From: Eledone cirrhosa
Lineage: Eukaryota
NCBI GenBank assembly: GCA_964016885.1
Contig: OZ024740.1
Location: 252,154,001 to 252,218,000 of the forward strand
Length of the DNA stretch: 64,000 nucleotides
Reading direction: 5' to 3'
The position numbers and the translations under genes are program-made. Below the pieces are notes generated by a model, which was not told the origin of the DNA, made no database searches, and saw only the letters and a program-made list of their open reading frames with translations. Within the stretch, counting starts at the first letter, position 1; the number at the start of each line of letters is the position of its first letter. Below, piece after piece: positions 13,101 through 29,100 of the stretch.

Positions 13101-16100
13101 CTGCTGGAAATTATCTCCCCTTGGCCGGCTGAAAATTAGCTCCCTTTGGCCGGCTGGATACTATCTCCCCTTGGCCGGCTGTAAATTATCTCCCCTTGGG
13201 CGGCTGGAAGTTATCTCCCCTTGGCCGGCTGGATATTATCTCTCCTTGGCCAGCTAGAAATTATCTCCTCTTGGCCGGCTGGATATTATCACCCCTTGGC
13301 CAGCTGGAAATTATCTCCACTTGGCCGGCTGGAAATTATCTCCTCTTGGCCGGCTGGAAATTATCTCGCCTTGGCCGGCTGGAAATTATCTCCTCTAAAA
13401 TAAATTAAATTAAATTAAATTAAATTAAATTAAATCAAATTAATTAAATTAATTAATTAATTATTTATATTTTTTTTATTTTATTTATTTTATTTTTTTT
13501 ATTAATTACGTTATTAATTAATTAATTAATTATGTAAATTGATTTTATTTCAATTTAATGCAATTTAATTTAATTTACTTTAATTCAATTTAATTTAATT
13601 CAATTTAATTTAATTTTATTTTATTTTATTTCATTTAAAAAACGAAACGAAACCGGTGTGCCTACAAAACAAAAGAAAAGAAACCGGGGAACCTAAAAAA
13701 TCGAACGAAACGAAATTATCTCCCCTTGGCCTGCTGGAAATTATCTCCCCTTGGCCGGCTGAAAATTATCTCCCCTTGGCCGGCTGTAAATTATCTCCCC
13801 TTGGCCGGCTGGAAGTTATCTCCCCTTGGCCGGCTGGATATTATCACCCCTTGGCCAGCTGGAAATTATCTCCACTTGGCCGGCTGGAAATTATCTCCTC
13901 TTGGCCGGCTGGAAATTATCTCGCCTTGGCCGGCTGGAAATTATCTCCTCTAAATTAAATTAAATTAAATTAAATTAAATTAAATCAAATTAATTAAATT
14001 AATTAATTAATTATTTATATTTTTTTTATTTTATTTATTTTTATTTTTTTTATTAATTACGTTATTAATTAATTAATTAATTATATAAATTGATTTTATT
14101 TCAATTTAATGTAATTTAATTTAATTTAATTTACTTTAATTCAATTTAATTTAATTCAATTTAATTTAATTTAATTTTATTTTATTTTATTTAAAAAACG
14201 AAACGAAACCGGTATACCTAAAAAAACAAACGAGAAGAAACCGGGAAACCTAAAAAATCGAACGAAACGAAATTATCTCCCCTTGGCCTGCTGGAAATTA
14301 TCTCCCCTTGGCCGGCTGAAAATTATCTCCCCTTGGCTAGCTGGTAAAAATCTCCCCTTGGTCGGCTGGAAATTATCTCCCCTTGGCTGGCTGGAAATTA
14401 TCTCCCCTTGGCCGGCTGGAAATTGTCTCCCCTAGGTCGGCTGGAAATTATCTCCCCTTGGCCGGCTGGTAATAATCTCCCCTTGGTCGGCTGGAAGTTA
14501 TCTCCCATCGGCCGACTGGATATTATCTCCCCTTGGCCGGCTTGAAATTATCTCCCTTTGGCCGTCTGGATATTATCTCCCCTTGGCCGGCTGGAAATTA
14601 TCTCCCCTTGGCCGGCTGGATATTATCTCCCCTCGGCCGTCTGGATATTATCTCCCATTTGACGACTGGAATTTATCTCCCCTTGGCCGGCTGGATATTA
14701 TCTCCCCTTGGCCGACTGGAAATTATCTCCCCTTAGTCGGCTGGAAATTATCTCCCCTCGGCTGTCTGGAAATTATCTCCCATTTGACGACTGGAATTTA
14801 TCTCCCCTTGGCCGGCTGGATATTATCTCCCCTTGGCCGACTGGAAATTATCTCCCCTTAGTCGGCTGGAAATTATCTCCCCTTGGCCGGCCCGAAATTA
14901 TCTCCCCTAAAGTAAATTAAATTAAATTAAATTAAAAAACGAAACGAAACCGGTATACCTAAAAAAACAAACAAGAAACCGGGAAACCTAAAAAATCGAA
15001 CGAAACGAAATTATCTCCCCTTGGCCTGCTGGAAATTATCTCCCCTTGGCCGGCTGAAAATTATCTCCCCTTGGCTAGCTGGAAATTATCTCCCATTGGC
15101 CGGCTGAAAATTATCTCCCTTTGGCCGGCTGGATACTATCTCCCCTTGGTCAGCTAGAAATTATCTCCCCTTGGCCGGCTGGATACTATCTCCCCTTGGC
15201 CAGCTGGAAATTATCTCCACTTGGCCGGCTGGAAATTATCTCCTCTTCGCCGGCTGGAAATTATCTCGCCTTGGCCGGCTGGAAATTATCTCCTCTAAAT
15301 TAAATTAAATTAAATTAAATTAAATTAAATTAAATCAAATTAATTAAATTAATTAATTAATTAATTTTATTTTTTTTATTCTAATTATTTTTATTTTTTT
15401 TATTAATTACGTTATTAATTAATTAATTAATTATGTTAATTGATTTTATTTCAATCCAATGTAATTTAATTTAATTTAATTTAATATAATTTAATTTAAT
15501 TTAATTTAATTTAATTTTATTTAAAAAACGAAACGAAACCGGGGTACCAAAAAAACGAACGAAAAGAAACCGGGGAACCTAAAAAATCGAACGAAATGAA
15601 ATTATCTCCCCTTGGCTTGCTGGAAATTATCTCAACTCGGCCGGCTGGATACTATCTCCCCTTGGCCGGCTGGATGTTAACTCCCCTTGGCCAGCTAGAA
15701 ATTATCTCCCTTTGGCCGGCTGGATGTTATCTCCCCTTGGCCAGCTAGAAATTATCTCCCTTTGGCCGGCTGGATATTATCTCCCCTTGGTCGGCTGGAT
15801 ATGATCTCCCCTTGGCCGGCTGGAAATTATCTCCCCTTGGCCGTTGGAAATTATCTCCCCTTGGCCGGCTGGAAATTATCTCCCCTTGGCCGGCTGGAAA
15901 TTATCTCCCCTTGGCCGGCTGGAAATTATCTCCCCTTGGCCGGCGGGATATTATCTCCCCTTGGCCGGCAGGAAATTATATCCCCTTGGCCGGCTGGAAA
16001 TAATCTTCCCTTGGCCGGCCGGAAATTATCTCCCTTTGGCCGGCTGGATATTATCTCCCCTTGGCCGGCTTGAAATTATCTCCCCTTGGCCGGCTGGATA

Positions 16101-19100
16101 TTATCTCCCCTTGGCCGTCTGGAATTTATCTCCCCTTGGCCGGCTGGATATTATCTCCCCTTGGCCGGCTTGAAATTATCTCCCCTTGGCCGGCGGGATA
16201 TTATCTCCCCTTGGCCGGCTGGATATTATCTCCCCTTGGCCGACTGGAAATTATCTCCGCTTGGGCGGCGGGATATTATCTCCCCTTGGCCGGCTGGATA
16301 TTATCTCCCCTTGGCCGGCTGGAAATTATCTCGCCTTGGCCGACTGGAATTTAGCTCCCCTTGGCCGGCTGGAAATATACTCCCCTTGGCCGGCTGGAAA
16401 TATATTCCCCTTGGCCGGCTGGAAATTATCTCCTCTTGGCCGGCTGGATATTATCTCCCCTTGGCCGGCTGGATATTATCTCCCCTCGGCCGGCTGGAAA
16501 TTATCTCCCCTTGGCCGGCTGGAATTTATCTCCCCCTTGGCCGGCTGGAATTTATCTCCCCTTGGCCGGCTGGATTTTATACCCCGTTGGCCGGCTGGAA
16601 ATAATCTCCCCTTGCCCGGCTCGAAAATATCTCCCCTCAATTAAATTAAATTAAATTAAATCCAATTAATTAAATTAATTAATTAATTATATTTTTTTTA
16701 TTTTATTTTTTTTTATTTTTTTTTATTAATTACGTTATTAATTAATTAATTAATTATGTAAATTGATTTTATTTCAATTTAATGTTATTTAATTTAATTT
16801 AATTTAATTTAATTTAATTTAATTTACTTTAAATCAATTTAATTTAATCTAATTTAATTTAAGTTAATTTTATTTTATTTTATTTCAAAAACGAAACGAA
16901 ACCCGTGTACCTAAAAAAACAAACGAAAAGAAACCGGGGAACCTAAAAAATCGAACGAAACGAAATTATCTCCCCTTGGCCTGCTGGAAATTATCTTCCC
17001 TTGGTCGGCTTGATATTATCTCCCCTTGGCAGGCTGGAAATTATCTCCCCTTGGCCGACTGGAAATTATCTCTCCTTGGGCGGCGGGATATTATCTCCCC
17101 TTGGCCAGCTGGAAATTATCTCGCCTTGGCCGGCTGGAATTTAGCTCTCCTTGGCCGGCTGGAAATATACTCCCCTTGGCCGGCTGGAAATATACTCCCC
17201 TTGGCCGGCTGGAAATTATCTCCTCTTGGCCGGCTGGATATTATCTCCCCTTGGCTGCTGGATATTATCTCCCCTTGGCCAGCTGGAAATTATCTCCACT
17301 TGGCCGGCTGCAAATTATCTCCTCTTGGCCAGCTGGAAATTATCTCCCCTAAATTAAATTAAATTAAATCAAATTAATTAAATTAATTAATTAATTGATT
17401 ATATTTTTTATTTTATTTATTTTAATTTTTTTTTTAATTACGTTATTAATTAATTAATTAATTATGTAAATTGATTTTATTTTAATTTAATGTAATTTAA
17501 TTTAATTTAATTTACTTTAATTCAATTTAATTTAATTTTATTTAATTTTATTTTATTTTATTTTATTTAAAAAACGAAACGAAACCGGGGCACCTAAAAA
17601 AACAAACGAAAAGAAACCGGGGAACCTAAAAAATCGAACGAAATGAAATTATCTCCCCTTGGCTTGTTGGAAATTATCTCAACTCGACCGGCTGGATACT
17701 ATCTCCCCTTGGCCGGCTGGAAATTATCTCCCCTTAGCCGGCTGGAAATTATCTCCCATTGGCCGGCTGGATATTATCTCCCCTTGGCCGGCTGGATGTT
17801 ATCTCCCCTTGGCCAGCTAGAAATTATCTCCAGTTGGCCGGCTGGATATGATCTCCCCTTGGCCGGCTGGAAATTATCTCCCCTTGGCAGGTTGGAAATT
17901 ATCTCCCTTTGGCCGGCTGAAAATTATCTCCCTTTGGCCGGCTGGATACTATCTCCCCTTGGCCAGCTGGAAATTATCTCCACTTGGCCGGCTGGAAATT
18001 ATCTCCTCTTCGCCGGCTGGAAATTATCTCGCCTTGGCCGGCTGGAAATTATCTCCTCTAAATTAAATTAAATTAAATTAAATTAAATTAAATTAAATCA
18101 AATTAATTAAATTAATTAATTAATTAATTTTATTTTTTTTATTCTAATTATTTTTATTTTTTTTTATTAATTACGTTATTAATTAATTAATTAATTATGT
18201 TAATTGATTTTATTTCAATCCAATGTAATTTAATTTAATTTAATATAATTTAATTTAATTTAATTTAATTTTATTTTATTTAAAAAACGAAACGAAACCG
18301 GGGTACCAAAAAAACGAACGAAAAGAAACCGGGGAACCTAAAAAATCGAACGAAATGAAATTATCTCCCCTTGGCTTGCTGGAAATTATCTCAACTCGGC
18401 CGGCTGGATACTATCTCCCCTTGGCCGGCTGGAAATTATCTCCCCTTAGCCGGCTGGAAATTATCTCCCCTTGGCCGGCTGGATAATATCTCCCCTTGGC
18501 CGGCTGGAAATTATGTTCCCTTGGCCGGCTGGAAATTATCTCCTCTTGGCCGGCTGGAAATTATCTCCCCTTGGCCGGCTGGATATTATCTGCCCTTGGC
18601 CGGCTGGATGTTATCTCCCCTTGGCCAGCTAGAAATTATCTCCCTTTGGCCGGCTGGATATTATCTCCCCTTGGTCGGCTGGATATGATCTCCCCTTGGC
18701 CGGCTGGAAATTATCTCCCCTTGGCCGTTGGAAATTATCTCCCCTTGGCCGGCTGGAAATTATCTCCCCTTGGCCGGCTGGAAATTATCGCCCCTTGGCC
18801 GGCTGGATGTTATGTCCCCTTGGCCGGCTGGATATTATCTCCCCTTGGCCGGCAGGAAATTATATCCCCTTGGCCGGCTGGAAATAATCTTCCCTTGGCC
18901 GGCCGGAAATTATCTACCTTTGGCCGGCTGGATATTATCTCCCCTTGGCCGGCTTGAAATTATCTCCCCTTGGCCGGCTGGATATTATCTCCCCTCGGCC
19001 GGCTGGAAATTATCTCCCCTTGGCCGTCTGGAATTTATCTCCCCTTGGCCGGCTGGATATTATCTCCCCTTGGCCGGCTTGAAATTATCTCCCCTTGGCC

Positions 19101-22100
19101 GGCGGGATATTATCTCCCCTTGGCCGGCTGGATATTACCTCCCCTTGGCCGACTGGAAATTATCTCCGCTTGGGCGGCGGGATATTATCTCCCCTTGGCC
19201 GGCTGGATATTATCTCCCCTTGGCCGGCTGGAAATTATCTCGCCTTGGCCGACTGGAATTTAGCTCCCCTTGGCCGGCTGGAAATATACTCCCCTTGGCC
19301 GGCTGGAAATATATTCCCCTTGGCCGGCTGGAAATTATCTCCTCTTGGCCGGCTGGATGTTATCTCCCCTTGGCCGGCTGGATATTATCTCCCCTCGGCC
19401 GGCTGGAAATTATCTCCCCTTGGCCGGCTGGAATTTATCTCCCCTTGGCCGGCTGGATTTTATACCCCGTTGGCCGGCTGGAAATAATCTCCCCTTGCCC
19501 GGCTCGAAAATATCTCCCCTAAATTAAATTAAATTAAATTAAATCCAATTAATTAAATTAATTAATTAATTATATTTTTTTTATTTTATTTTTTTTTATT
19601 TTTTTTATTAATTACGTTATTAATTAATTAATTAATTATGTAAATTGATTTTATTTCAATTTAATGTTATTTAATTTAATTTAATTTAATTTAATTTAAT
19701 TTACTTTAAATCAATTTAATTTAATCTAATTTAATTTAAGTTAATTTTATTTTATTTTATTTCAAAAATGAAACGAAACCCGTGTACCTAAAAAAACAAA
19801 CGAAAAGAAACCGGGGAACCTAAAAAATCGAACGAAACGAAATTATCTCCCCTTGGCCTGCTGGAAATTATCTTCCCTTGGTCGGCTTGATATTATCTCC
19901 CCTTGGCAGGCTGGAAATTATCTCCCCTTGGCCGACTGGAAATTATCTCTCCTTGGGCGGCGGGATATTATCTCCCCTTGGCCGGCTGGAAGTTATCTCC
20001 CCTTGGCCAGCTGGAAATTATCTCGCCTTGGCCGGCTGGAATTTAGCTCTCCTTGGCCGGCTGGAAATATACTCCCCTTGGCCGGCTGGAAATATACTCC
20101 CCTTGGCCGGCTGGAAATTATCTCCTCTTGGCCGGCTGGATATTATCTCCCCTTGGCTGCTGGATATTATCTCCCCTTGGCCAGCTGGAAATTATCTCCA
20201 CTTGGCCGGCTGCAAATTATCTCCTCTTGGCCAGCTGGAAATTATCTCCCCTAAATTAAATTAAATTAAATCAAATTAATTAAATTAATTAATTAATTGA
20301 TTATATTTTTTTTATTTTATTTATTTTAATTTTTTTTTTAATTACGTTATTAATTAATTAATTAATTATGTAAATTGATTTTATTTTAATTTAATGTAAT
20401 TTAATTTAATTTAATTTACTTTAATTCAATTTAATTTAATTTTATTTAATTTTATTTTATTTTATTTAAAAAACGAAACGAAACCGGGGCACCTAAAAAA
20501 ACAAACGAAAAGAAACCGGGGAACCTAAAAAATCGAACGAAATGAAATTATCTCCCCTTGGCTTGCTGGAAATTATCTCAACTCGACCGGCTGGATACTA
20601 TCTCCCCTTGGCCGGCTGGAAATTATCTCCCCTTAGCCGGCTGGAAATTATCTCCCATTGGCCGGCTGGATATTATCTCCCCTTGGCCGGCTGGATGTTA
20701 TCTCCCCTTGGCCAGCTAGAAATTATCTCCACTTGGCCGGCTGGAAATTATCTTCTCTTGGCCGGCTGGAAATTATCTCCCTTTGGCCGGCTGCATATTA
20801 TCTCCCCTTGGCCGGCTGGATATGATCGCCCCTTGGCCGGCTGGAAATTATCTCCCCTTGGCAGGTTGGAAATTATCTCCCCTTGGCCGGCTGGAAATTA
20901 TCTCCCCTTGGCCGGCTGGAAATAATCTCCCCTTGGCCGGCCGGAAATTATCTTCCTTTGGCCGGCTGGATATTATCTCCGCTTGGCCGGCTGGAAATTA
21001 TCTCCCCTTGGCCGGCTGGATATTATCTCCCCTCGGCCGGCTGGAAATTATCTCCCCTTGGCCGGCTGGAATTTATCTCCCCTTGGCCGGCTGGAATTTA
21101 TATCCCCTTGCCCGGCTCGAAAATATCTCCCCTAATTAAAATTAAATTAAATTAAATTAAATCAAATAAATTAAATTAATTAATTAATTAATTATATTTT
21201 TTTTATTTTATTTATTTTTTTTTTTTTTTATTAATTACGTTATTAATTAATTAATTAATTATGTAAATTGATTTCATTTCAATTTAATGTAATTTAATTT
21301 AATTTAATTTACTTTAATTCAATTCAATTTAATTTAATTTAATTTAATTTAATTTTATTTAAAAAACGAAACGAAACCGGGGTACCTAAAAAAACAAACG
21401 AAAAGAAACCGGGGAACCTAAAAAATCGAACGAAATGAAATTATCTCCCCTTGGCTTGCTGGAAATTATCTCAACTCGACCGGCTGGATACTATCTCCCC
21501 TTGGCCGGCTTGAAATTATCTCCCCTTAGCCGGCTGGAAATTATCTCCCATTGGCCGGCTGGATATTATCTCCCCTTGGCCGGCTGGATGTTATCTCCCC
21601 TTGGCCAGCTAGAAATTATCTCCACTTGGCCGGCTGGAAATTATCTTCTCTTGGCCGGCTGGAAATTATCTCCCTTTGGCCGGCTGCATATTATCTCCCC
21701 TTGGCCGGCTGGATATGATCGCCCCTTGGCCGGCTGGAAATTATCTCCCCTTGGCAGGTTGGAAATTATCTCCCCTTGGCCGGCTGGAAATTATCTCCCC
21801 TTGGCCGGCTGGAAATAATCTCCCCTTGGCCGGCCGGAAATTATCTCCCTTTGGCCGGCTGGATATTATCTCCGCTTGGCCGGCTGGAAATTATCTCCCC
21901 TTGGCCGGCTGGATATTATCTCCCCTCGGCCGGCTGGAAATTATCTCCCCTTGGCCGGCTGGAATTTATCTCCCCTTGGCCGGCTGGAATTTATATCCCC
22001 TTGCCGGCTCGAAAATATCTCCCCTAAATAAAATAAAATTAAATTAAATTAAATCAAATAAATTAAATTAATTAATTAATTAATTATATTTTTTTTATTT

Positions 22101-23119
22101 TATTTATTTTTATTTTTTTTTATTAATTACGTTATTAATTAATTAATTAATTATGTAAATTGATTTCATTTCAATTTAATGTAATTTAATTTAATTTAAT
22201 TTACTTTAATTCAATTCAATTTAATTTAATTTAATTTAATTTAATTTTATTTAAAAAACGAAACGAAACCGGGGTACCTGAAAAAACAAACGAAAAGAAA
22301 CCGGGGAACCTAAAAAATCGAACGAAATGAAATTATCTCCCCTTGGCTTGCTGGAAATTATCTCAACTCGGCCGGCTGGATACTATCTCCACTTGGCCGG
22401 CTGGAAATTCTCTTCTCTTGGCCGGCTGGAAATTATCTCCCCTTGGCCGGCTGGAAATTATCTCCCCTTGGCCGGCTGGATATTATCTCCCCTTGGCCGG
22501 CTGGATATTATCTCCCCTTGGCCAGCTAGAAATTATATCCCTTTGGCCGGCTGGAAGTTATCTCCCCTTGGCTGGCTGGATATTATCTCCCATTGGCCCA
22601 CTGGAAATAATCTCCCCTTAACCGGCTGGAAACTATCTCCCCTTGACCGGCACGAAATTATCTCCCCTAAAGTAAATTAAATCAAATTAATTAAATTAAT
22701 TATTTATATTTTTTTTATTTTATTTATTTTATTTTTTTTATTAATTACGTTATTAATTAATTAATTAATTATGTAAATTGATTTTATTTCAATTTAATGT
22801 AATTTAATTTAATTTAATTTACTTTAATTCAATTTAATTTAATTCAATTTAATTTAATTTAATTTTATTTTATTTTATTTCATTTAAAAAACGAAACGAA
22901 ACCGGTATACCTAAAAAAACAAAACGAAAAGAAACCGGGGAACCTAAAAAATCGAACGAAACGAAATTATCTCCCCTTGGCCTGCTGGAAATTATCTCCC
23001 CTTGGCCGACTGGAAATTATCTCCCCTTGGCCGGCTCGAAATTATCTCCCATTAGCTGGCTGGAAATTATCTCCCCTTGGCCGGCTGGAAATTATCTCCC
23101 CTTGGCCGGCTGGAAATTA

Positions 23120-26100
23120 TCGCCCCTTGGCCGGCTGGATTTATGTCCCCTTGGCCGGCTGGATATTATCTCCCCTTGGCCAGCTGGAAATTATCTCCAC
23201 TTGGCCGGCTGCAAATTATATCCTCTTGGCCAGCTGGAAATTATCTCCCCTAAATTAAATGAAATTAAATTAAATTAAATCAAATTAATTAAATTAATTA
23301 ATTAATTAATTATATTTTTTTTATTTTATTTATTTATTTTTTTTTTTTTTAATTACGTTATTAATTAATTAATTAATTATGTAAATTGATTTTATTTCAA
23401 TTTAATGTAATTTAATTTAATTTAATTTACTTTAATTCAATTCAATTTAATTTAATTTAATTTAATTTAATTTACTTTAATTCAATTTAATTTAATGTAA
23501 TTTAATTTAATTTAATTTAATTTTATTTTATTTTATTTCATTTAAAAAACGAAACGAAACCGGTGTGCCTAAAAAAACAAAAGAAAAGAAACCGGGGAAC
23601 CTAAAAAATCAAACGAAACGAAATTATCTCCCCTTGGCCTGCTGGATATTATCTCCCCTTGGCCAGCTGGAAATAATCTCCCCTTGGCCGGCTGGAAATT
23701 ATGTCCCCTTGGCCGGCTCGAAATTATCTCCCCTAAATTAAATTAAATTATATTAAATTAAATTAAATTAAATTAAATCAAATTAATTAATTTAATTAAT
23801 TAATTAATTTTATTTTTTTTATTCTAATTATTTTTATTTTTTTTTATTAATTACTTAATTAATTATGTTAATTGATTTTATTTCAATCCAATGTAATTTA
23901 ATTTAATTTAATTTAATTTAATTTTATTTTATTTTATTTAAAAAACGAAATAAAATCGGGGTACCTAAAAAAACAAACGAAACGAAATTATCTCCCCTTG
24001 GTCTGCTGGAAATTATCTCCCCTTGGCCGGCTGGATATTATCTCCCCTTGGCCGACTGCAAATTATCTTCTCTTGGCCGGCTGGAAATTATCTCCCTTTG
24101 GCCGGCTGGAAATTATCTCCCCTTGGCCGGCTGGAAATTATCTCCCATTGGCTGGCTGGAAATTATCACCCCTAGGCCGGCTGGGAATTAACTCCACTTG
24201 GCTGGCTAGAAACTATCTTCCCTTGGCCGGCTGGATATTATCTCCCCTTGGCCGGCTAGAAATAATCTCCCCTTAGCCGGCTCGAAATTATCTCTCCTAA
24301 ATTAAATTAAATTAAATTAAATTAAATTAAATCAAATTAATTAAATTAATTAATTAATTAATTTTATTTTTTTAATTCTAATTATTTTTTTTTTTTTTTA
24401 TTAATTACGTTATTAATTAATTAATTATGTTAATTGATTTTATTTCAATCCAATGTAATTTAATTTAATTTAATTTAATTTAATTTTATTTTATTTTATT
24501 TTATTTTATTTTATTTAAAAAACGAAACAAAACCGTGTTACCTAAAAAAACAAACGAAAAGAAACTGGGGAACCTAAAAAATCAAACGAAACGAAATTAT
24601 CTCCCCTTGGTCTGCTGGAAATTATCTCCCTTTCGCCGGCTGGAAATAATCTCCCCTTGGCCGGCTGGAAATTAGCTCCCATTGGCTGGCTGGAAATTAT
24701 CTCCCCTTGGCCGGCTGGAAATTATCTCCCCTTGGCCGTCTGGAAATTATCGCCCCTTGGCCGGCTGGATTTATGTCCCCTTGGCCGGCTGGATATTATC
24801 TCCCCTTGGCCAGCTGGAAATTATCTCCCCTAAATTAAATGAAATTAAATTAAATTAAATCAAATTAATTAAATTAATTAATTAATTAATTATTTTTTTA
24901 TTTTATTTATTTATTTATTTTTTTTTAATTACGTTATTAATTAATTAATTAATTATGTAAATTGATTTTATTTCAATTTAATGTAATTTAATTTAATTTA
25001 ATTTACTTTAATTCAATTCAATTCAATTTAATTTAATTTAATTTAATTTACTTTAATTCAATTTAATTTAATGTAATTTAATTTAATTTAATTTAATTTT
25101 ATTTTATTTTATTTCATTTAAAAAACGAAACGAAACCGGTGTGCCTAAAAAAACAAAAGAAAAGAAACCGGGGAACCTAAAAAATCAAACTAAACGAAAT
25201 TATCTCCCCTTGGCCTGCTGGATATTATCTCCCCTTGGCCAGCTGGAAATAATCTCCCCTTGGCCGGCTGGAAATTATGTCCCCTTGGCCGGCTCGAAAT
25301 TATCTCCCCTAAATTAAATTAAATTATATTAAATTAAATTAAATTAAATTAAATCAAATTAATTAAATTAATTAATTAATTAATTTTATTTTTTTTATTC
25401 TAATTATTTTTATTTTTTTTTATTAATTACTTAATTAATTATGTTAATTGATTTTATTTCAATCCAATGTAATTTAATTTAATTTAATTTAATTTAATTT
25501 AATTTTATTTTATTTTATTTAAAAAACGAAATAAAATCGGGGTACCTAAAAAAACAAACGAAACGAAATTATCTCCCCTTGGTCTGCTGGAAATTATCTT
25601 CTCTTGGCCGGCTGGAAATTATCTCCCTTTGGCCGGCTGGAAATTATCTCCCCTTGGCCGGCTGGAAATTATCTCCCATTGGCTGGCTGGAAATTATCGC
25701 CCCTAGGCCGGCTGGGAATTAACTCCACTTGGCTGGCTAGAAACTATCTTCCCTTGGCCGGCTGGATATTATCTCCCCTTGGCCGGCTGGATATTATCTC
25801 CCCTTGGCCGACTGCAAATTATCTTCTCTTGGCCGGCTGGAAATTATCTCCCTTTGGCCGGCTGGAAATTATCTCCCCTTGGCCGGCTGGAAATTATCTC
25901 CCATTGGCTGGCTGGAAATTATCGCCCCTAGGCCGGCTGGGAATTAACTCCACTTGGCTGGCTAGAAACTATCTTCCCTTGGCCGGCTGGATATTATCTC
26001 CCCTTGGCCGGCTAGAAATAATCTCCCCTTAGCCGGCTCGAAATTATCTCCCCTAAATTAAATTAAATTAAATTAAATTAAATCAAATTAATTAAATTAA

Positions 26101-29100
26101 TTAATTAATTTTATTTTTTTTATTCTAATTATTTTTTTTTTATTTATTAATTACGTTATTAATTAATTAATTAATTATGTTAATTGATTTTATTTCAATC
26201 CAATGTAATTTAATTTAATCTAATTTAATTTAATTTAATTTTATTTTATTTTATTTTATTTAATTTTATTTTATTTTATTTTATTTTATTTTATTTTATT
26301 TTATTTTATTTTATTTAAAAAACGAAACGAAACCGGGGTACCTAAAAAAACGAACGAAAAGAAACCGGGGAACCTAAAAAATCGAACGAAATGAAATTAT
26401 CTACCCTTGGCTTGCTGGAAATTATCTCAACTCGGCCGGCTGGATACTATCTCCCCTTGGCCGGCTGGAAATTATCTCCCCTTAGCCGGCTGGAAATTAT
26501 CTACCCTTGGCCGGCTGGATAATATCTCCCATTGGCCGGCTGGAAATTATGTTCTCTTGGCCGGCTGGAAATTATCTCCCCTTGGCCGGCTGGAAATTAT
26601 CTCCCCTTGGCCGGCTGGATATTATCTCCCCTTGGCCGGCTGGATGTTATGTCCCCTTGGCCGGCTGGATATTATCTCCCCTTGGCCGGCAGGAAATTAT
26701 ATCCCCTTGGCCGGCTGGAATTTATCTCCCCTTGGCTTGCTGGAAATTATCTCAACTCGGCCGGCTGGATACTATCTCCCCTTGGCCGGCTGGATATTAT
26801 CTCCCCTTAGCCGGCTGGAATTTATCTCCCCTTGGCCGGCTGGATATTATCTCCACTTGGCCGGCTGGAAATTCTCTTCTCTTGGCCGGCTGGAAATTAT
26901 CTCCCCTTGGCCGGCTGGAAATTATCTCCCCTTGGCCGGCTGGATATTATCTCCCCTTGGCCGGCTGGATATTATCTCCCCTTGGCCAGCTAGAAATTAT
27001 CTCCCCTTGGCCGGCTGGAAATTATCTTCTCTAGGCCGGCTGGAAATTATATCCCTTTGGCCGGCTGGAAGTTATCTCCCCTTGGCTGGCTGGATATTAT
27101 CTCCCATTGGCCCACTAAATTAATTTTATTTTTTTTATTCTAATTATTTTTATTTTTTTTTATTAATTACTTAATTAATTATGTTAATTGATTTTATTTC
27201 AATCCAATGTAATTTAATTTAATTTAATTTAATTTAATTTTATTTTATTTTATTTTATTTAAAAAACGAAATAAAATCGGGGTACCTAAAAAAACAAACG
27301 AAACGAAATTATCTCCCCTTGGTCTGCTGGAAATTATCTCCCCTTGGCCGGCTGGATATTATCTCCCCTTGGCCGACTGCAAATTATCTTCTCTTGGCCG
27401 GCTGGAAATTATCTCCCTTTGGCCGGCTGGAAATTATCTCCCCTTGGCCGGCTGGAAATTATCTCCCATTGGCTGGCTGGAAATTATCACCCCTAGGCCG
27501 GCTGGGAATTAACTCCACTTGGCTGGCTAGAAACTATCTTCCCTTGGCCGGCTGGATATTATCTCCCCTTGGCCGGCTAGAAATAATCTCCCCTTAGCCG
27601 GCTCGAAATTATCTCCCCTAAATTAAATTAAATTAAATTAAATTAAATTAAATCAAATTAATTAAATTAATTAATTAATTAATTTTATTTTTTTTATTCT
27701 AATTTTTTTTTTTTTTTTTATTAATTACGTTATTAATTAATTAATTAATTATGTTAATTGATTTTATTTCAATCCAATGTAATTTAATTTAACTTAATTT
27801 AATTTAATTTAATTTTATTTTATTTTATTTTATTTTATTTTATTTTATTTTATTTTATTGAAAAAAACGAAACGAAACCGGGGTACCTAAAAAAACGAAC
27901 GAAAAGAAACCGGGGAACCTAAAAAATCGAACGAAATGAAATTATCTACCCTTGGCTTGCTGGAAATTACCTCAACTCGGCCGGCTGGATACTATCTCCC
28001 CTTGGCCGGCTGGAAATTATCTCCCCTTAGCCGGTGGAAATTATCTACCCTTGGCCGGCTGGATAATATCTCCCCTTGGCCGGCTGGAAATTATGTTCTC
28101 TTGGCCGGCTGGAAATTATCTCCCCTTGGCCGGCTGGAAATTATCTCCCCTTGGCCGGCTGGATATTATCTCTCCTTGGCCGGCTGGATGTTATCTCCCC
28201 TTGGCCAGCTAGAAATTATCTCCCCTTGGCCGGCTGGAAATTATCTTCCATTGGCCGGCTGGAAATTATCTCCCTTTGGCCGGCTGGATATTATCTCCCC
28301 TTGGCAGGTTGGAATTTGTCTCCCCTTGGCCGGCTGGAATTTATCTCCCCTTGGCCGGCTGGAATTTATATCCCCTTGCCCGACTCGAAAATATCTCCCC
28401 TAAATTAAATTAAATTAAATTAAATTAAATCAAATTAATTAAATTAATTAATTAATTAATTATATTTTTTTTATTTTATTTATTTATTTTTTTTTATTAC
28501 GTTATTAATTAATTAATTAATTATGTAAATTGATTTTATTTCAATTTAATGTAATTTAATTTAATTTAATTTACTTTAATTCAATTCAATTTAATTTAAT
28601 TTAATTTAATGTAATTTACTTTAATTCAATTTAATTTAATTTAATTTAATTTAATTTAATTTAATTTTATTTTATTTTATTTCATTTAAAAAACGAAACG
28701 AAACCGGTGTGCCTAAAAAAACAAAAGAAAAGAAACCGGGGAACCTAAAAAATCAAACGAAACGAAATTATCTCCCCTTGGCCTGCTGGATATTATCTCC
28801 CCTTGGCCAGCTGGAAATAATCTCCCCTTGGCCGGCTGGAAATTATGTCCCCTTCGCCGGCTCGAAATTATCTCCCCTAAATTAAATTAAATTAAATTAA
28901 ATTAAATCAAATTAATTAAATTAATTAATTAATTAAATTAATTAATTAATTAATTTTATTTTTTTTATTCTAATTATTTTTATTTTTTTTATTAATTACG
29001 TTATTAATTAATAAATTAATTATGTTAATTGATTTTATTTCAATCCAATGTAATTTAATTTAATTTTATTTTATTTTATTTTATTTTATTTTATATTATT

